64,000 bases of DNA. Origin: Myxococcota bacterium. GTDB taxonomy: Bacteria; Myxococcota_A; UBA796; UBA2385. The notes beneath the pieces are model-generated. The model searched no databases. It was not told the DNA's origin and saw nothing but the letters and a program-made list of their open reading frames with translations. Every line of letters begins with the position of its first letter. Position 1 is the first letter of the stretch. The DNA lies in assembly GCA_044344255.1 (NCBI GenBank), contig JBIJDH010000015.1, positions 32,001 through 96,000 of the forward strand, written 5' to 3'. A program made the position numbers and the translations under genes. Positions 49,117 through 60,296 of the stretch are shown here, piece by piece.

Positions 49117-51261
49117 TTGAACACCCTCATCTACATTGCGGCGGCCGCGCTCTGCTTCGGCCTCGCCTTCCGGGCCTGGTACCGGGACCCGCGCGACCTC
49201 GTGCGGCGGGCCTTCCTGCTCATCGGGGTCTTCGCGGCGATCTCGTATGCCGCCTTCGCGGTCTACCTCGTGCTGGGGACGCCGATCCCCCGCTATGTAC
49301 ACGCGATCAGCGGCGCGGCCCTGCCGATCTGCATCCTCACCTTCCTCGAGCGTTTCACCGGCGAGACGAAGGTGCTGTTCAGCCCGCGCATCCGGCGGCT
49401 GTCGCTGATCTGGGTGGCGTTGAGCGCGCTCTTCATCCTCGCCCACCTGACGATGGGCTTCGATCCTCGCTTCGCGGTGCCCCACAAGAGCCTCCCCGAG
49501 CTGCTGATGTCGCTCTGGGTGGTCGGTGGCTTCGGCACCTGCATCCGCCACCTGTGGCAGATGCGGCGGCGGAGCGACCACCCGGTCGAGCGGGCGCGCA
49601 TCCGCTACCTCCTCGTCTTTCTGCTCATGGCGGCCAGCTTCTTCGGGGTGGAGCAGCTCGGTCGCTGGATCCACCCGATGGACGCCGCCGATGGGAGCCT
49701 CGATCCCATCGAGCTCTCGTACGCGCTCCAGGGCCTCGTCCCGCCGGTGGGCACCGTCTGGGGGACCCTGTTCATCTATTTTTTGTATCAGGTGGTGCAG
49801 CTCCGCCGCCTCGTCGATCTCGATGAGGTCTTCTCCCGCATCGTCGCGCTCACGATCATGGCCGTGGTCTTCGCGGGCTGGGCCGGCATCTCGGTCCTCT
49901 TCGTGCTGGCCTTCCTCGCCGAGGAGCAGTGGCAGCCGGCCTATCTCGTGTTTCAGATATTCCTCTCGGCGGCCCTGTTCCTGTCTGTCCACGAGCCCTT
50001 GAAGCGCCGTGTGTCGAGCCTCGCCGGAGACGCCTTCAACCGCGCCGGCCGTCGCCTCGAGGCGACGCTCGACGAGATCGATCGCGACATCACCAAGGCC
50101 ATCTCGCTCGAGGCTCTGGGCAATGAGCTGCTGGGCCCGCTCGAGGCCTCTGGCCGAAGCCCCTTCGTGAGCTTGTACCTTTGGGATCAGGAGCGCGGCG
50201 CCTTTCGCCTCAAGCTGCAGCGCGGGGCCTCTGACCAGCCGGTGATGCTCACCATCGGCAGCCGCCCCTTCACCGACGGCTTCCACAAGGGGGAGCGGAT
50301 CTATGAGCAGCGGGCCCTCCGCCGCCTCGTGCTCCGCCGGGGGCCGGACGAGGCCACCGATCGCAGTCGCATCATGGAGGCGATGGACGCCGATCTCACC
50401 ATCGTGATGCGCTCGGGTGACCTCGTGCTCGGCTGGCTCAACCTGAAGGACGAGCGGTGGTCGGACGGCTTCTCGCAGGAGGAGATCCGCAGGCTGGTGC
50501 GCACCGTCGATCGGGCGGCCATCGTGGTCGAGAACATCCACAGCGTCGAGCAGATGGAGGAGCAGCACCGCCTCGCCGCGCTCGGCACGATGGCCGCCGG
50601 CCTCGCCCATGAGATCCGAAACCCGCTCGCGGGCATCAAGGGGGCGGCACAGTACCTGCAGACCGCCGGCGACGACCCCGCCGAGGTGCGCGACTTCCTC
50701 GACGTCATCGTCGGTGAGGCCGACCGCCTGAACGGTGTCGTGACACAGTTCCTCGATTATGCGCGCCCCCTCGACATCCGCGCCGAACCGGTGGCGCTCG
50801 CCCGGCTGCTCGATCGCCTGCTCGACCTCATCCGTGCGGAGGGCCTGCCGCCGGGGGTGGAGCTCCGCCTCGAGGTCCCTGTCGACCTCCCGCGCCTCTC
50901 GCTCGACTCCGACAAGGTGCGCCAGGTCTTGCTCAACCTCGTCCACAACGCGATCCAGGCGGTGGGCACGCGCGGGCTGGTCACGGTGCGGGCGGCGATC
51001 GGAGAGATGGGCGGCCCCGCCCGCCGCGGCGGCCCCGCGGTGGAGATCAGCGTCGCGGACGACGGCCAGGGCATCGAGGCCCAGGATCTCGACAAGCTCT
51101 TCATCCCCTTCTTCACCACCAAGCGCGACGGGACCGGCCTCGGCCTCAGCATCAGCCGGCGGCTCGTCGAGGCCCAAGGGGGAGAGATCGCCGTGCGCTC
51201 GCAGCCGGGCAAGGGGAGTCTGTTCACCGTCCGCTTCCCCCTGCCGGAGGGCCCGGGCTGA
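49117..51261 (+). CDS. Membrane sensor histidine kinase (multi-TM, GAF-like, HisKA, HATPase)
   Basis: AHEIRNPL, NLVHNAIQA, DDGQGI, FFTTK..GTGLGL. Confidence 0.92.
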   Translation: MNTLIYIAAAALCFGLAFRAWYRDPRDLVRRAFLLIGVFAAISYAAFAVYLVLGTPIPRYVHAISGAALPICILTFLERFTGETKVLFSPRIRRLSLIWVALSALFILAHLTMGFDPRFAVPHKSLPELLMSLWVVGGFGTCIRHLWQMRRRSDHPVERARIRYLLVFLLMAASFFGVEQLGRWIHPMDAADGSLDPIELSYALQGLVPPVGTVWGTLFIYFLYQVVQLRRLVDLDEVFSRIVALTIMAVVFAGWAGISVLFVLAFLAEEQWQPAYLVFQIFLSAALFLSVHEPLKRRVSSLAGDAFNRAGRRLEATLDEIDRDITKAISLEALGNELLGPLEASGRSPFVSLYLWDQERGAFRLKLQRGASDQPVMLTIGSRPFTDGFHKGERIYEQRALRRLVLRRGPDEATDRSRIMEAMDADLTIVMRSGDLVLGWLNLKDERWSDGFSQEEIRRLVRTVDRAAIVVENIHSVEQMEEQHRLAALGTMAAGLAHEIRNPLAGIKGAAQYLQTAGDDPAEVRDFLDVIVGEADRLNGVVTQFLDYARPLDIRAEPVALARLLDRLLDLIRAEGLPPGVELRLEVPVDLPRLSLDSDKVRQVLLNLVHNAIQAVGTRGLVTVRAAIGEMGGPARRGGPAVEISVADDGQGIEAQDLDKLFIPFFTTKRDGTGLGLSISRRLVEAQGGEIAVRSQPGKGSLFTVRFPLPEGPG

Positions 51262-51305
51262 CGTGGACGCCGGGGCATGCTAAGAAAGTACATGAGGTAC
51301 TCCTC

Positions 51306-52721
<1,416 letters not shown>

Positions 52722-52727
<6 letters not shown>

Positions 52728-52759
52728 GCCCCCCGCTGAGCCCCCTGCGCTGAGCCCCC
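52722..52759 (+). repeat. 12-bp repeat x3 containing the kinase stop codon
   Basis: CGCTGAGCCCCC at 52722, 52734 and 52748. Confidence 0.9.
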
Positions 52760-52781
52760 CCTTCGGAAGGGCCCTCCCGTC

Positions 52782-53579
52782 GTGACCGACCCTCTCCAGG
52801 CCTTGCTCGACGGCTGGGCCGCCCAGGACCTCTCGCCCACCGAGCTGCTGCTGCTGCTGGGGGCGGCCCTGGTGGCGGGCTTCGTCGACGCCATCGCCGG
52901 CGGCGGCGGCCTCCTCACGCTCCCGGCCCTGCTCGCCGTCGGCCTGCCGCCCCACCTCGCGCTCGGCACCAACAAAGGGCAGTCGGTCTGGGGCTCGGGC
53001 GCGGCCCTGTCCGGCTTCCTGCGCGCCGGGAAGGTCGACCGCGCGCGGGCGCCCGCCGCCTTCGGCCTCGGCTTCGCGGGCTCGCTCCTCGGCGCGGCCC
53101 TCGTGATGGCGGTCTCCCCGGCCGTCCTCAAGCCCGTGGTGATGGGCCTCCTCGCCGCGGTGGCCCTGATCATGGTCTTCCGGCCCCCCCTCGTGGCGGA
53201 CCCCGAGAAGGCGAAGCGCCCCCACGCCGCGCGCCTCGCCCACGGCCTCGCCTTCGGCGTCGCGGTCTACGACGGCTTCTTCGGCCCCGGCACCGGGACC
53301 TTCCTCATCATCGGATACGCGCTCTTGCTCGGCCTCCCCCTCGTGGCGGCCAGCGCCGACGCCAAGGTGGTGAACTTCGCCTCCAACCTCGCCGCGCTGC
53401 TGATCTTCGCGGCGCGGGGCTCGGTGCTGTGGTCGGTGGCGCTGCTGATGGCCCTCGGCCAGCTTGTCGGCGGCCTGCTCGGCAGCCGCGTGGCGCTCCA
53501 GGGCGGCGACCGCCTCGTTCGGGTGGTCGTGCTCTGTGTGGTGGTGGCGCTGATCACCAAGCTGGCTGTGGTGGGCTGA
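52782..53579 (+). CDS. TauE/SafE (TSUP) family exporter
   Basis: AGFVDAIAGGGGLLTLP, ALGTNK, YDGFFGPGTGTF, AKVVNFASN. Confidence 0.92.
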   Translation: MTDPLQALLDGWAAQDLSPTELLLLLGAALVAGFVDAIAGGGGLLTLPALLAVGLPPHLALGTNKGQSVWGSGAALSGFLRAGKVDRARAPAAFGLGFAGSLLGAALVMAVSPAVLKPVVMGLLAAVALIMVFRPPLVADPEKAKRPHAARLAHGLAFGVAVYDGFFGPGTGTFLIIGYALLLGLPLVAASADAKVVNFASNLAALLIFAARGSVLWSVALLMALGQLVGGLLGSRVALQGGDRLVRVVVLCVVVALITKLAVVG

Positions 53580-53597
53580 GGGGCGCCACGCACCCCC

Positions 53598-56006
53598 TCA
53601 GCGTGCCAGGAGCTCGGTGACCAGCTCGTCCAGCCGCTTGTCCCCCGAGGGGGGCACGCCCGTGGTGCGGAGGCGGATGGTGCCGTCGCGCTGGATCCAG
53701 AGGGTCGTCGGCAGCCCCTTGTTGGGGAACTCGTTGAAGAGCGCGCTCGTGGGATCGCGGGCGATGGGGAAGGGCATGGGATGGGCCTGGAGCCAGGCCC
53801 CGAGCTTGGCCGGCTCGCTGTCGACGCTCACGCCGAGCACCTTGAGGCCCTGGTCGGCATACTTCGTGGCCAGGAGAGCGAGGGCGGGCATCTCCTTCTG
53901 ACAGGGGCCGCACCAGCTCGCCCAGAAGGTGAGGACGGCGGGGCGCCCGCGGAGGCTGTCTGCGCGGACGCTGCCCCCCTCGAGGGCCTCGACCGAGAAG
54001 TCGCCGAGGCGCTCTCCCGCCTCTCGCCCCTTCACCGTCGCGGGGAGGGAGGGGAGGGGACCGGCGCAGCAGCGGAGGCCGTTGGAAGGGTCCTCGGTGT
54101 CGATGGCCACGTCGTCGCGGAAGTAGCCGCAGCGGGCCGAGTCGCCCGAGGCGTAGGAGCCCCCCTTGAGGGCGGCGGTGCGGGGGGAGAGGCCCACCCA
54201 CTCCTTCACGCCGCCGGTGAGGTCGTAGGCGCCGGCCGGGCTCTTACAGCCCGGGTGATCGCCGGTGAGGAGCTCGCCCACGGCGGTGGGGTTGCGGGCG
54301 TCGGCGCAGAGGCCGACCCGGCGGTGATCGCCGTAGCCGTACCGCTTGCCCTGGAGCTCCTCGTCGGCGATCCGCTCGTCCTGGTCGGTGTCCGGGGAGA
54401 GCGCCCCGCTGCAGGCGGCGGACCACTCCTGATCGGTGCAGAGGCGCTTGCCGGCGGCGGCGCAGGCGTCGCGGGCAGCGGTCCAGCTCAGGCCGCGGGC
54501 GGGCGCGACGCCGGGGGCGCTCTCGGCGCGGCCGCCGACGACCGAGGCCTCGAAGGTGTCGATGGTGACGCCGTCGAGACCCGGGACCGCCACGCTCGTC
54601 GGGGCTCCAGTGACCGCGCCCTTGGCCTCGACGCCGAGCTGGACGTCGAGATCGAGGGCCTCCTTCTGGCCGGCGAGCTCGGCGTCGATGACGGCGCGCA
54701 GCACCTCGATCGGCTGACCGCCGCTGAGCACGCGCCCGTTCACGAAGAACATGGGCGTGCCGGAGACGCCGAGCGAGCCGCCGAGGGCGCTGTGTTCGCC
54801 GATCACGGCCTTCGTCTCTGGGGAGGCCATGCAGGCCTCGAAGGCGGGCTGGTCGAGCCCGAGCTCGCGGGAGAAGCGCAGCCAGTTCTTTTGCCCGAGG
54901 CCGGCCTGGTCCTCGAAGAGGCGGTCGTGCATCTCCCAGAAGCGGCCCTGCGCGTGGGCGCAGTGCGCTGCGGCTGCGGCTTCACAGGCGCTGGGGTGCA
55001 TGGACTTGTGGATGCCGCCCTGGTTGCAGGCGAGATCGAGGGGGAAGTAGGCATAGACGAGCCGGACGTCCTCTGGGTGCTCCTCGACCACCTGGTGGAG
55101 CGTGGTGGCGAGGCGCCGGCAGAAGGGGCACTGGAAGTCGCTCCACTCGATGATCGTCACCGGGGCGTCGGCGGGGCCGATGGAGGGGGCACCGGCGGGG
55201 GCCCGGACACCCTCCTTGGCCATGCCGAGGCGGACCTGCTTGCGGTCGGCCGGGAGCACGTCCTTGACCCGGAAGACCCCCGCGGGCTCCTCGGCCGGCG
55301 CGGCGCGGGCGGCGGCCACCTCGCGGGCGGCGGCGGCCTCTGCGGCCACACCGCGGCGCTGCTCATACACCCCAAAGGCGAGGGCGAAGCTAAAGAGGCC
55401 GGCGACCGCCCCGGCGCCGACCACCCCGGGGGCGCGGATCGGCAGGGCGGCGGCGGCGGGGAGCCAGCGGGCGGGGCGAACGCCGCTGGCGGCGGCGCCG
55501 AGGGCGAGCAGCGCGGCGTGGATGACGTACAGGATGATGCAGAAGAGGCACCAGGCCTTGATCACTGCCGCAGAGATGTAGGCGAGGTAGGCGCTGTAGC
55601 CGACCGAGAGCAGGCCGAGGGCGAAGAGCGCGAGGGCGTAGCGGCGGTCGGCCTTCCGGTAGGCGAGCAGCCCGAGCGCCGCCGAGGCGCCGTAGACGGG
55701 GAAGGCGAGCACCGACTGCGGCACGCCCCAGAGCTCGGACTCGGGGGCGCCGTTGACCGTGCTGCACCGAAAGGTGTCGCCGATGTCGCAGAGGGAGTCG
55801 GCCACCCCGGCGCCGTAGAAGAGGTCGAGGTGGAGGCCGGTGAGGTAGGCCGCGACCGCCGCGCCGGTGGCCGCGCTGACCAGCACCAAGCCGAGCCACC
55901 CGCGCCCCGGCCCGTTTGAGCGCTTGCTGGGCGGCGGCGCGGAGTCTGCGAGCGCGGCGGCGAGATCGTCAGGGGAGGCCGGTCTATGGGGCTGCATCTC
56001 GGGCAC
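53598..56006 (-). CDS. Fusion: VKOR + DsbA-like thioredoxin + FGE-sulfatase-like domain + TlpA-like redoxin
   Basis: VKOR CDIGDTFRC and WCLFC; WSDFQCPFC and GTP; KRLCTDQEW..YDLTGGVKEW..GGSY..GLRCC; FWASWCGPC and LPTT. Confidence 0.88.
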   Translation of the reverse strand: MPEMQPHRPASPDDLAAALADSAPPPSKRSNGPGRGWLGLVLVSAATGAAVAAYLTGLHLDLFYGAGVADSLCDIGDTFRCSTVNGAPESELWGVPQSVLAFPVYGASAALGLLAYRKADRRYALALFALGLLSVGYSAYLAYISAAVIKAWCLFCIILYVIHAALLALGAAASGVRPARWLPAAAALPIRAPGVVGAGAVAGLFSFALAFGVYEQRRGVAAEAAAAREVAAARAAPAEEPAGVFRVKDVLPADRKQVRLGMAKEGVRAPAGAPSIGPADAPVTIIEWSDFQCPFCRRLATTLHQVVEEHPEDVRLVYAYFPLDLACNQGGIHKSMHPSACEAAAAAHCAHAQGRFWEMHDRLFEDQAGLGQKNWLRFSRELGLDQPAFEACMASPETKAVIGEHSALGGSLGVSGTPMFFVNGRVLSGGQPIEVLRAVIDAELAGQKEALDLDVQLGVEAKGAVTGAPTSVAVPGLDGVTIDTFEASVVGGRAESAPGVAPARGLSWTAARDACAAAGKRLCTDQEWSAACSGALSPDTDQDERIADEELQGKRYGYGDHRRVGLCADARNPTAVGELLTGDHPGCKSPAGAYDLTGGVKEWVGLSPRTAALKGGSYASGDSARCGYFRDDVAIDTEDPSNGLRCCAGPLPSLPATVKGREAGERLGDFSVEALEGGSVRADSLRGRPAVLTFWASWCGPCQKEMPALALLATKYADQGLKVLGVSVDSEPAKLGAWLQAHPMPFPIARDPTSALFNEFPNKGLPTTLWIQRDGTIRLRTTGVPPSGDKRLDELVTELLAR

Positions 56007-56019
56007 CTCGGTCGCCGGA

Positions 56020-56847
56020 TTAGCCCCTCCTGCGCCGGGGAGGCCAGGGGACGAAGGCGCTCGTGCGCTCGATGTAGTCGCGGTAGGCCGGCCGCCGCTC
56101 GTGGATGTCGCGCTCGAGCAGGGCCACGCCGCTCACCCGCAGCAGGAGGAAGGTCATCAGGGCCGGGGCGAAGAGCAGGGGCCAAGCCCCGATGGAGAGG
56201 GCGAAGAGCCCGAAGCCCCACCAGAGCAGGGCGTTGCCGAAGTAGTTGGGGTGCCGGCTCCAGGCCCAGGGGCCTCGATCGCAGACGGCGCCCTTGTGGG
56301 CGGGATCGGCCTTGAAGGTGCGCAGCACGGCGTCCGCCCAGGCCTCCAAGCCGATCCCCGCGAGGGCGAGCGTGGCGCCGAGGAGATCGAGCAGGCCGAG
56401 CTCCTCGGGCCCGAGCGCGCCCACGGTCGCGTAGACCGGCAGCCCGATCAGGAGCTGAAGCAGCCCCTGGAGCCCGAAGACGACGGGGAGGCTCCAGAGG
56501 TCAAAACGAGGGCCGAAACGACCGCGCATGGCCACGTAGCGGAAGTCCTCACCGTGACCGAGCTTTCGGAGGGTGAGGAAGAGCCCGAGGCGGAGGGCCC
56601 AGAGGGTGATGAGCCCGAGGACGATCTGCGGCCGGAGGCCCGGCCCCAGACCCAGGATCGCGGTCACGGCGGCGCCGAGCGCGAAGCCGGGGGCCCACCA
56701 GGGATCGACGATGCTCACGTCTCGGAGGCGGAGGCTCCAGAGCCAGAGCAGCACCATCGAGAGCCCGATCGCAGCAGCGACGCTGGGGATCGCGTGGATC
56801 AGCGGTGTCCAGACCCCGTCGGAGGCTTGCTCCATCCCTGCCTCCAT
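56020..56847 (-). CDS. DUF1295 / steroid 5-alpha-reductase-like membrane protein
   Basis: SIVDPWW, EDFRY, GPWAWSRHPNYFG, RVSGVALLE, YIERTSAFVP; start 56847 or 56835. Confidence 0.9.
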   Translation of the reverse strand: MEAGMEQASDGVWTPLIHAIPSVAAAIGLSMVLLWLWSLRLRDVSIVDPWWAPGFALGAAVTAILGLGPGLRPQIVLGLITLWALRLGLFLTLRKLGHGEDFRYVAMRGRFGPRFDLWSLPVVFGLQGLLQLLIGLPVYATVGALGPEELGLLDLLGATLALAGIGLEAWADAVLRTFKADPAHKGAVCDRGPWAWSRHPNYFGNALLWWGFGLFALSIGAWPLLFAPALMTFLLLRVSGVALLERDIHERRPAYRDYIERTSAFVPWPPRRRRG

Positions 56848-56890
56848 TTCACTGCCTCCATTTCGCTGCCGCCATATACCTGCTTTCATC
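56838..56890 (-). repeat. 14-bp degenerate repeat x4 over the start/RBS region
   Basis: CTGCCTCCATTTCA / CTGCCTCCATTTCG / CTGCCGCCATATAC / CTGCTTTCATC on the + strand. Confidence 0.8.
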
Positions 56891-56954
56891 GACTCGTTGG
56901 TGAGTTGCCCCGCGGGTGGGCGCCAGACGCGGATCCGGGCTACCTCAGCCGTAG

Positions 56955-58151
56955 ATGTCCGGGAAGAGGTGGCCCATCATTCGATCCCTGCTGGTCCTGC
57001 TCACGCTGATCGTGGGGGTGGCCCTCGCCGGCCGCGCGAGCAAAAAGGATGACGCCCCCACGGAGATCGCCCCCGCGGAGGTCCCCGTCGTCACGGTCGC
57101 GGCGCCCCCGGCCGAGCCACCGCCCCCTCTGTTTCCATCCCCCTTGCCGATCGCGATCCCCACCGTGCCGGAGGGCCTCGCCAACCTGTCGGCCCAGGGT
57201 TGCAACGCCTGCCATGGGCAGGTGCACGACGACTGGGCCCGCTCCGCCCACGCGAGCGCCTGGTCGAGCCCCAGCTACCAAGCCGCCCTCCAGCGTACGG
57301 GGGAGTCCACCGTCTGTCGGGCTTGTCACCTGCCGATCTCCAACCAGCACCCGCGTCTCGCCGTCGGCTATGTCGGTGGCGATGTCGCACGGCCCGAGCT
57401 CCAGGTGAACCCCGCTTGGGACGCCACGCTGATGACCGAGGGCGTCACCTGTGCGGCCTGCCATGTGCGCGAGGGCAAGATCCTCGGCCTCCACCCGAGC
57501 GCCGGGGCGCCTCATGCGGTGGTGGTCTCGGCCGAGCTCAGCAGCCCGGAGATGTGCGCCACCTGCCACCAGCTCACCTGGCCCGGCGCCGACCGCCCCT
57601 TCTACGACACCTACGGCGAGTGGAAGGCCACGGCCTGGGCCAAGGCCGGCGTGCGCTGCCAGGACTGCCACATGCCGCCCCGGGCCGGGGAGGCCACCGC
57701 CACCCGCTTCGCCGCGACCCCCTCCCACGCCGCCCGCGCCGACGTGGGGCGGGCGCTCTCCATCCTCGTCGACATTGACCAGCCCGAGCTTCAGCGCGGC
57801 AGCGTCTGGTCGGCCCGCGTCAAGCTGCAAAACACGGGCGCGGGGCACCACGTCCCGACGGGCTCCCCCTTCAAGTCCCTCGAGCTCGTGGTCACCCTGC
57901 TCGGAGCCGATGGCAAGGCCCTCGCGCCGCCCTTTGTTCACGAGCTCGGCCGAAAGGTGGAAGACGCACCGCCCTACAAGACCCTCAGCGACTCCCGGAT
58001 CCCTGCCGGGGGTGAGGTCACGGTCGGCCCCTCTTTTACCGTTGATCAGAAGAAGCCGCCCGGCACCGCCACCCTTGAGGTGATGGTGCGACAGAAGGGC
58101 AGCAGCGCCGCGCCGGTCGCTATCCAGCGCATCCCTGTCCCCGTCCTTTGA
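56955..58151 (+). CDS. Pentaheme c-type cytochrome with C-terminal Ig-like domain
   Basis: Five CxxCH motifs (CNACH, CRACH, CAACH, CATCH, CQDCH); N-terminal TM; NTGAGHHVPTG. Confidence 0.9.
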   Translation: MSGKRWPIIRSLLVLLTLIVGVALAGRASKKDDAPTEIAPAEVPVVTVAAPPAEPPPPLFPSPLPIAIPTVPEGLANLSAQGCNACHGQVHDDWARSAHASAWSSPSYQAALQRTGESTVCRACHLPISNQHPRLAVGYVGGDVARPELQVNPAWDATLMTEGVTCAACHVREGKILGLHPSAGAPHAVVVSAELSSPEMCATCHQLTWPGADRPFYDTYGEWKATAWAKAGVRCQDCHMPPRAGEATATRFAATPSHAARADVGRALSILVDIDQPELQRGSVWSARVKLQNTGAGHHVPTGSPFKSLELVVTLLGADGKALAPPFVHELGRKVEDAPPYKTLSDSRIPAGGEVTVGPSFTVDQKKPPGTATLEVMVRQKGSSAAPVAIQRIPVPVL

Positions 58152-58172
58152 GGCCACCCCGATCCCGAGGCC

Positions 58173-59387
58173 ATGATGATCCGCCACGCCGCCCTGACGC
58201 ACCCCGGTAAGCGCCGCAGCCAAAACGAAGACGCCCTCCTCACCCTCGCCGAGCACGGCCTCTTCGTCGTCGCCGACGGCGTTGGCGGGCGGACCGCCGG
58301 AGAGGTCGCGAGCGCCTTGGCCATCGAGACCTTCCAAGAGGCGGGGCCAAAGCTCTCCGCCGCTGTGAAGCGCTACGGTGAGAAGATGGATTGGTCCTCT
58401 CGAAATGAGGTTTTGGAGGCCTTGGACGAGACCTGCCAGCGGGCCTCGGACCGGGTCTACAATGAGGCAGAGCGCACGAACCGACGCGGCATGACCACCA
58501 CGATCGTGGTGGCGCTCGTGGGCGGCGGGGCGGCCTTCCTCGCCCATGTCGGGGACTCCCGCGCTTGGCTCGTCCGCGACGGCCTCATCCGCCAGCTCAC
58601 CGAGGACCACTCGATGGTCAACGAGCTCGTGCGGAGCGGGCAGATGACCTACGACGAGGCGAAGAAGTCCCGCTACAAGAGCGTGATCACCCGCGCGATC
58701 GGGCTTTACCCCTCTGTGAACACCGATCTGATGAGCATCGAGATCCTGCCCGGAGATCGGCTGCTCCTCAATACAGACGGCCTCTCGGATCCGGTCAGCA
58801 CCCCGCTGATCGAAGAGTTGACCGGTCAAGATGAGGTGGAGACCGCCGCCCAGAAGCTGATTGAGGCGGCCCTCGACGGCGGCGGCCCAGACAACGTGAC
58901 CGTGGTGCTGGTCGATCCCGAGGCCACGCCCCAGACCGAGGCGGCGCGGGCCCGCGCGCAGGTGATGCAAGACCTCTTCCTCTTCCACGGGCTGCCCTTC
59001 CACGCCCGCCTGCGGGTGTCGCGCATCTGCCGGGAGCTCTTCTTCATCCCCGGTCAGGTGCTGATGGAGGAGGGCTCGGAGGGCGACGCGATGTACGTCA
59101 TCGTGCAAGGCGAGGTGGCGGTCACCTTCGGCGACCAGCAGCTCGCCACGCTCAAGGCGGGGGAGCACTTCGGGGAGCTCGGCCTGCTCGAGGCCAACCA
59201 CCGCTCGGCCACCGTGACGGGCGCCTCCTTCGGCTCGGCGATCGTCATCTTGCGGAAGGAGCTCCAGGACTTCTGCCAGCGAGAGCCCGCCCTCGGCAAC
59301 GAGATGTTGTGGCGCCTGCTCGCGACCCTCGGCGGCCGGCTGCGGGAGGCCAACGCGCTGGCCACCCGTCGCGCGGGCGAGGGCTGA
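58173..59387 (+). CDS. PP2C Ser/Thr phosphatase with C-terminal cNMP-binding domain
   Basis: NED, VVADGVGG, HVGDSR, TDGL, GGPDNVT; MYVIVQGEV..GEHFGELGLL..RSATV. Confidence 0.92.
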   Translation: MMIRHAALTHPGKRRSQNEDALLTLAEHGLFVVADGVGGRTAGEVASALAIETFQEAGPKLSAAVKRYGEKMDWSSRNEVLEALDETCQRASDRVYNEAERTNRRGMTTTIVVALVGGGAAFLAHVGDSRAWLVRDGLIRQLTEDHSMVNELVRSGQMTYDEAKKSRYKSVITRAIGLYPSVNTDLMSIEILPGDRLLLNTDGLSDPVSTPLIEELTGQDEVETAAQKLIEAALDGGGPDNVTVVLVDPEATPQTEAARARAQVMQDLFLFHGLPFHARLRVSRICRELFFIPGQVLMEEGSEGDAMYVIVQGEVAVTFGDQQLATLKAGEHFGELGLLEANHRSATVTGASFGSAIVILRKELQDFCQREPALGNEMLWRLLATLGGRLREANALATRRAGEG

Positions 59388-59390
59388 GCC

Positions 59391-60278
59391 TTGGGCGAGC
59401 CGGCCGTCGCCCCCCCTCCGTCGCCGGTGATCCGCTGCTCGATCAGCCCGGACGCCGACGATCTGTTCATGTTCCGGGCGCTGCTGCTCGGCCTGCTCGA
59501 CACCGAGGGCCTCCGTTTCGACATCCGCACGGCCGACACCGATCGGCTCAACCGTGTGGCTCAGGGAGAGACGGTGGACGCCGCTGAGCTGCCGCACGTC
59601 TCGGCGGTGAGCGTCGCCTGGTACCCCCGCCTCCACGGCGCCTGGCAGCTCCTCCCGCACGGGGGCTCGGTCGGGCGCGGCTACGGCCCGGTCCTCGTGG
59701 CTCCGGCCGCCCTGTCCATCGAGGCCCTGCGCGGCGCCCGCATCGCCGTCCCGGGCACGAGCACCACCGCCTACACCGTCCTCCGTCTCATGCTCGACTT
59801 CGAGCCGGTCGTGGTGCCGATCGTGCCGCCGGGGGCGGTCTTCGAGGCGCTGGCCCGAGGCGAGGTGGATGCCGCGCTGCTCATCCACGAGGGCCGCCTC
59901 ACCTTCCACGAGCACGGCCTCCACCTCGTCACCGACATCGGCGTGGCCTGGGAGCGTGACACCGGGCTCCCGCTCGCCCTCGGCGGCAACGTGATCCGCC
60001 GCGACCTCGGCCCGGCGCTCATCGCCCGGGCCAGCCGTGTCATCCACGCGAGCATCTGCCACGCGCTCGACCACCGCGCGGAGGCCATCGCCTGGCTGCA
60101 CGCCCGGGGGACGGCGCTGCCCGACGAGGCGGCGATCGACCACTACCTCCAGCTCTACGCCAACGAGGACAGCCGCGACTACGGCGCCGACGGCCGCGCG
60201 GGCATCGCCGCCCTGCTCGAGCGCGGCGCCGCCGCTGGGCTGCTGCCCGCCTGCCCGCCGGTCGACTACGCCCCCTGA
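59391..60278 (+). CDS. mqnD: 1,4-dihydroxy-6-naphthoate synthase (futalosine menaquinone pathway)
   Basis: SPDADDLFMF, SVGRGYGP, IAVPG..TTA, LIHEGRLTF, PLALGGNVIRRDLG. Confidence 0.85.
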   Translation: MGEPAVAPPPSPVIRCSISPDADDLFMFRALLLGLLDTEGLRFDIRTADTDRLNRVAQGETVDAAELPHVSAVSVAWYPRLHGAWQLLPHGGSVGRGYGPVLVAPAALSIEALRGARIAVPGTSTTAYTVLRLMLDFEPVVVPIVPPGAVFEALARGEVDAALLIHEGRLTFHEHGLHLVTDIGVAWERDTGLPLALGGNVIRRDLGPALIARASRVIHASICHALDHRAEAIAWLHARGTALPDEAAIDHYLQLYANEDSRDYGADGRAGIAALLERGAAAGLLPACPPVDYAP

Positions 60279-60296
60279 GCGGTGGGCCCTCCGGGC

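Noticed and set aside
47416..51177. Very long antisense ORFs (also 650-3094, 6637-9849, 28046-30334, 56940-60143)
   Set aside because: Shadow ORFs opposite well-supported genes, expected at this GC content; no recognisable motifs
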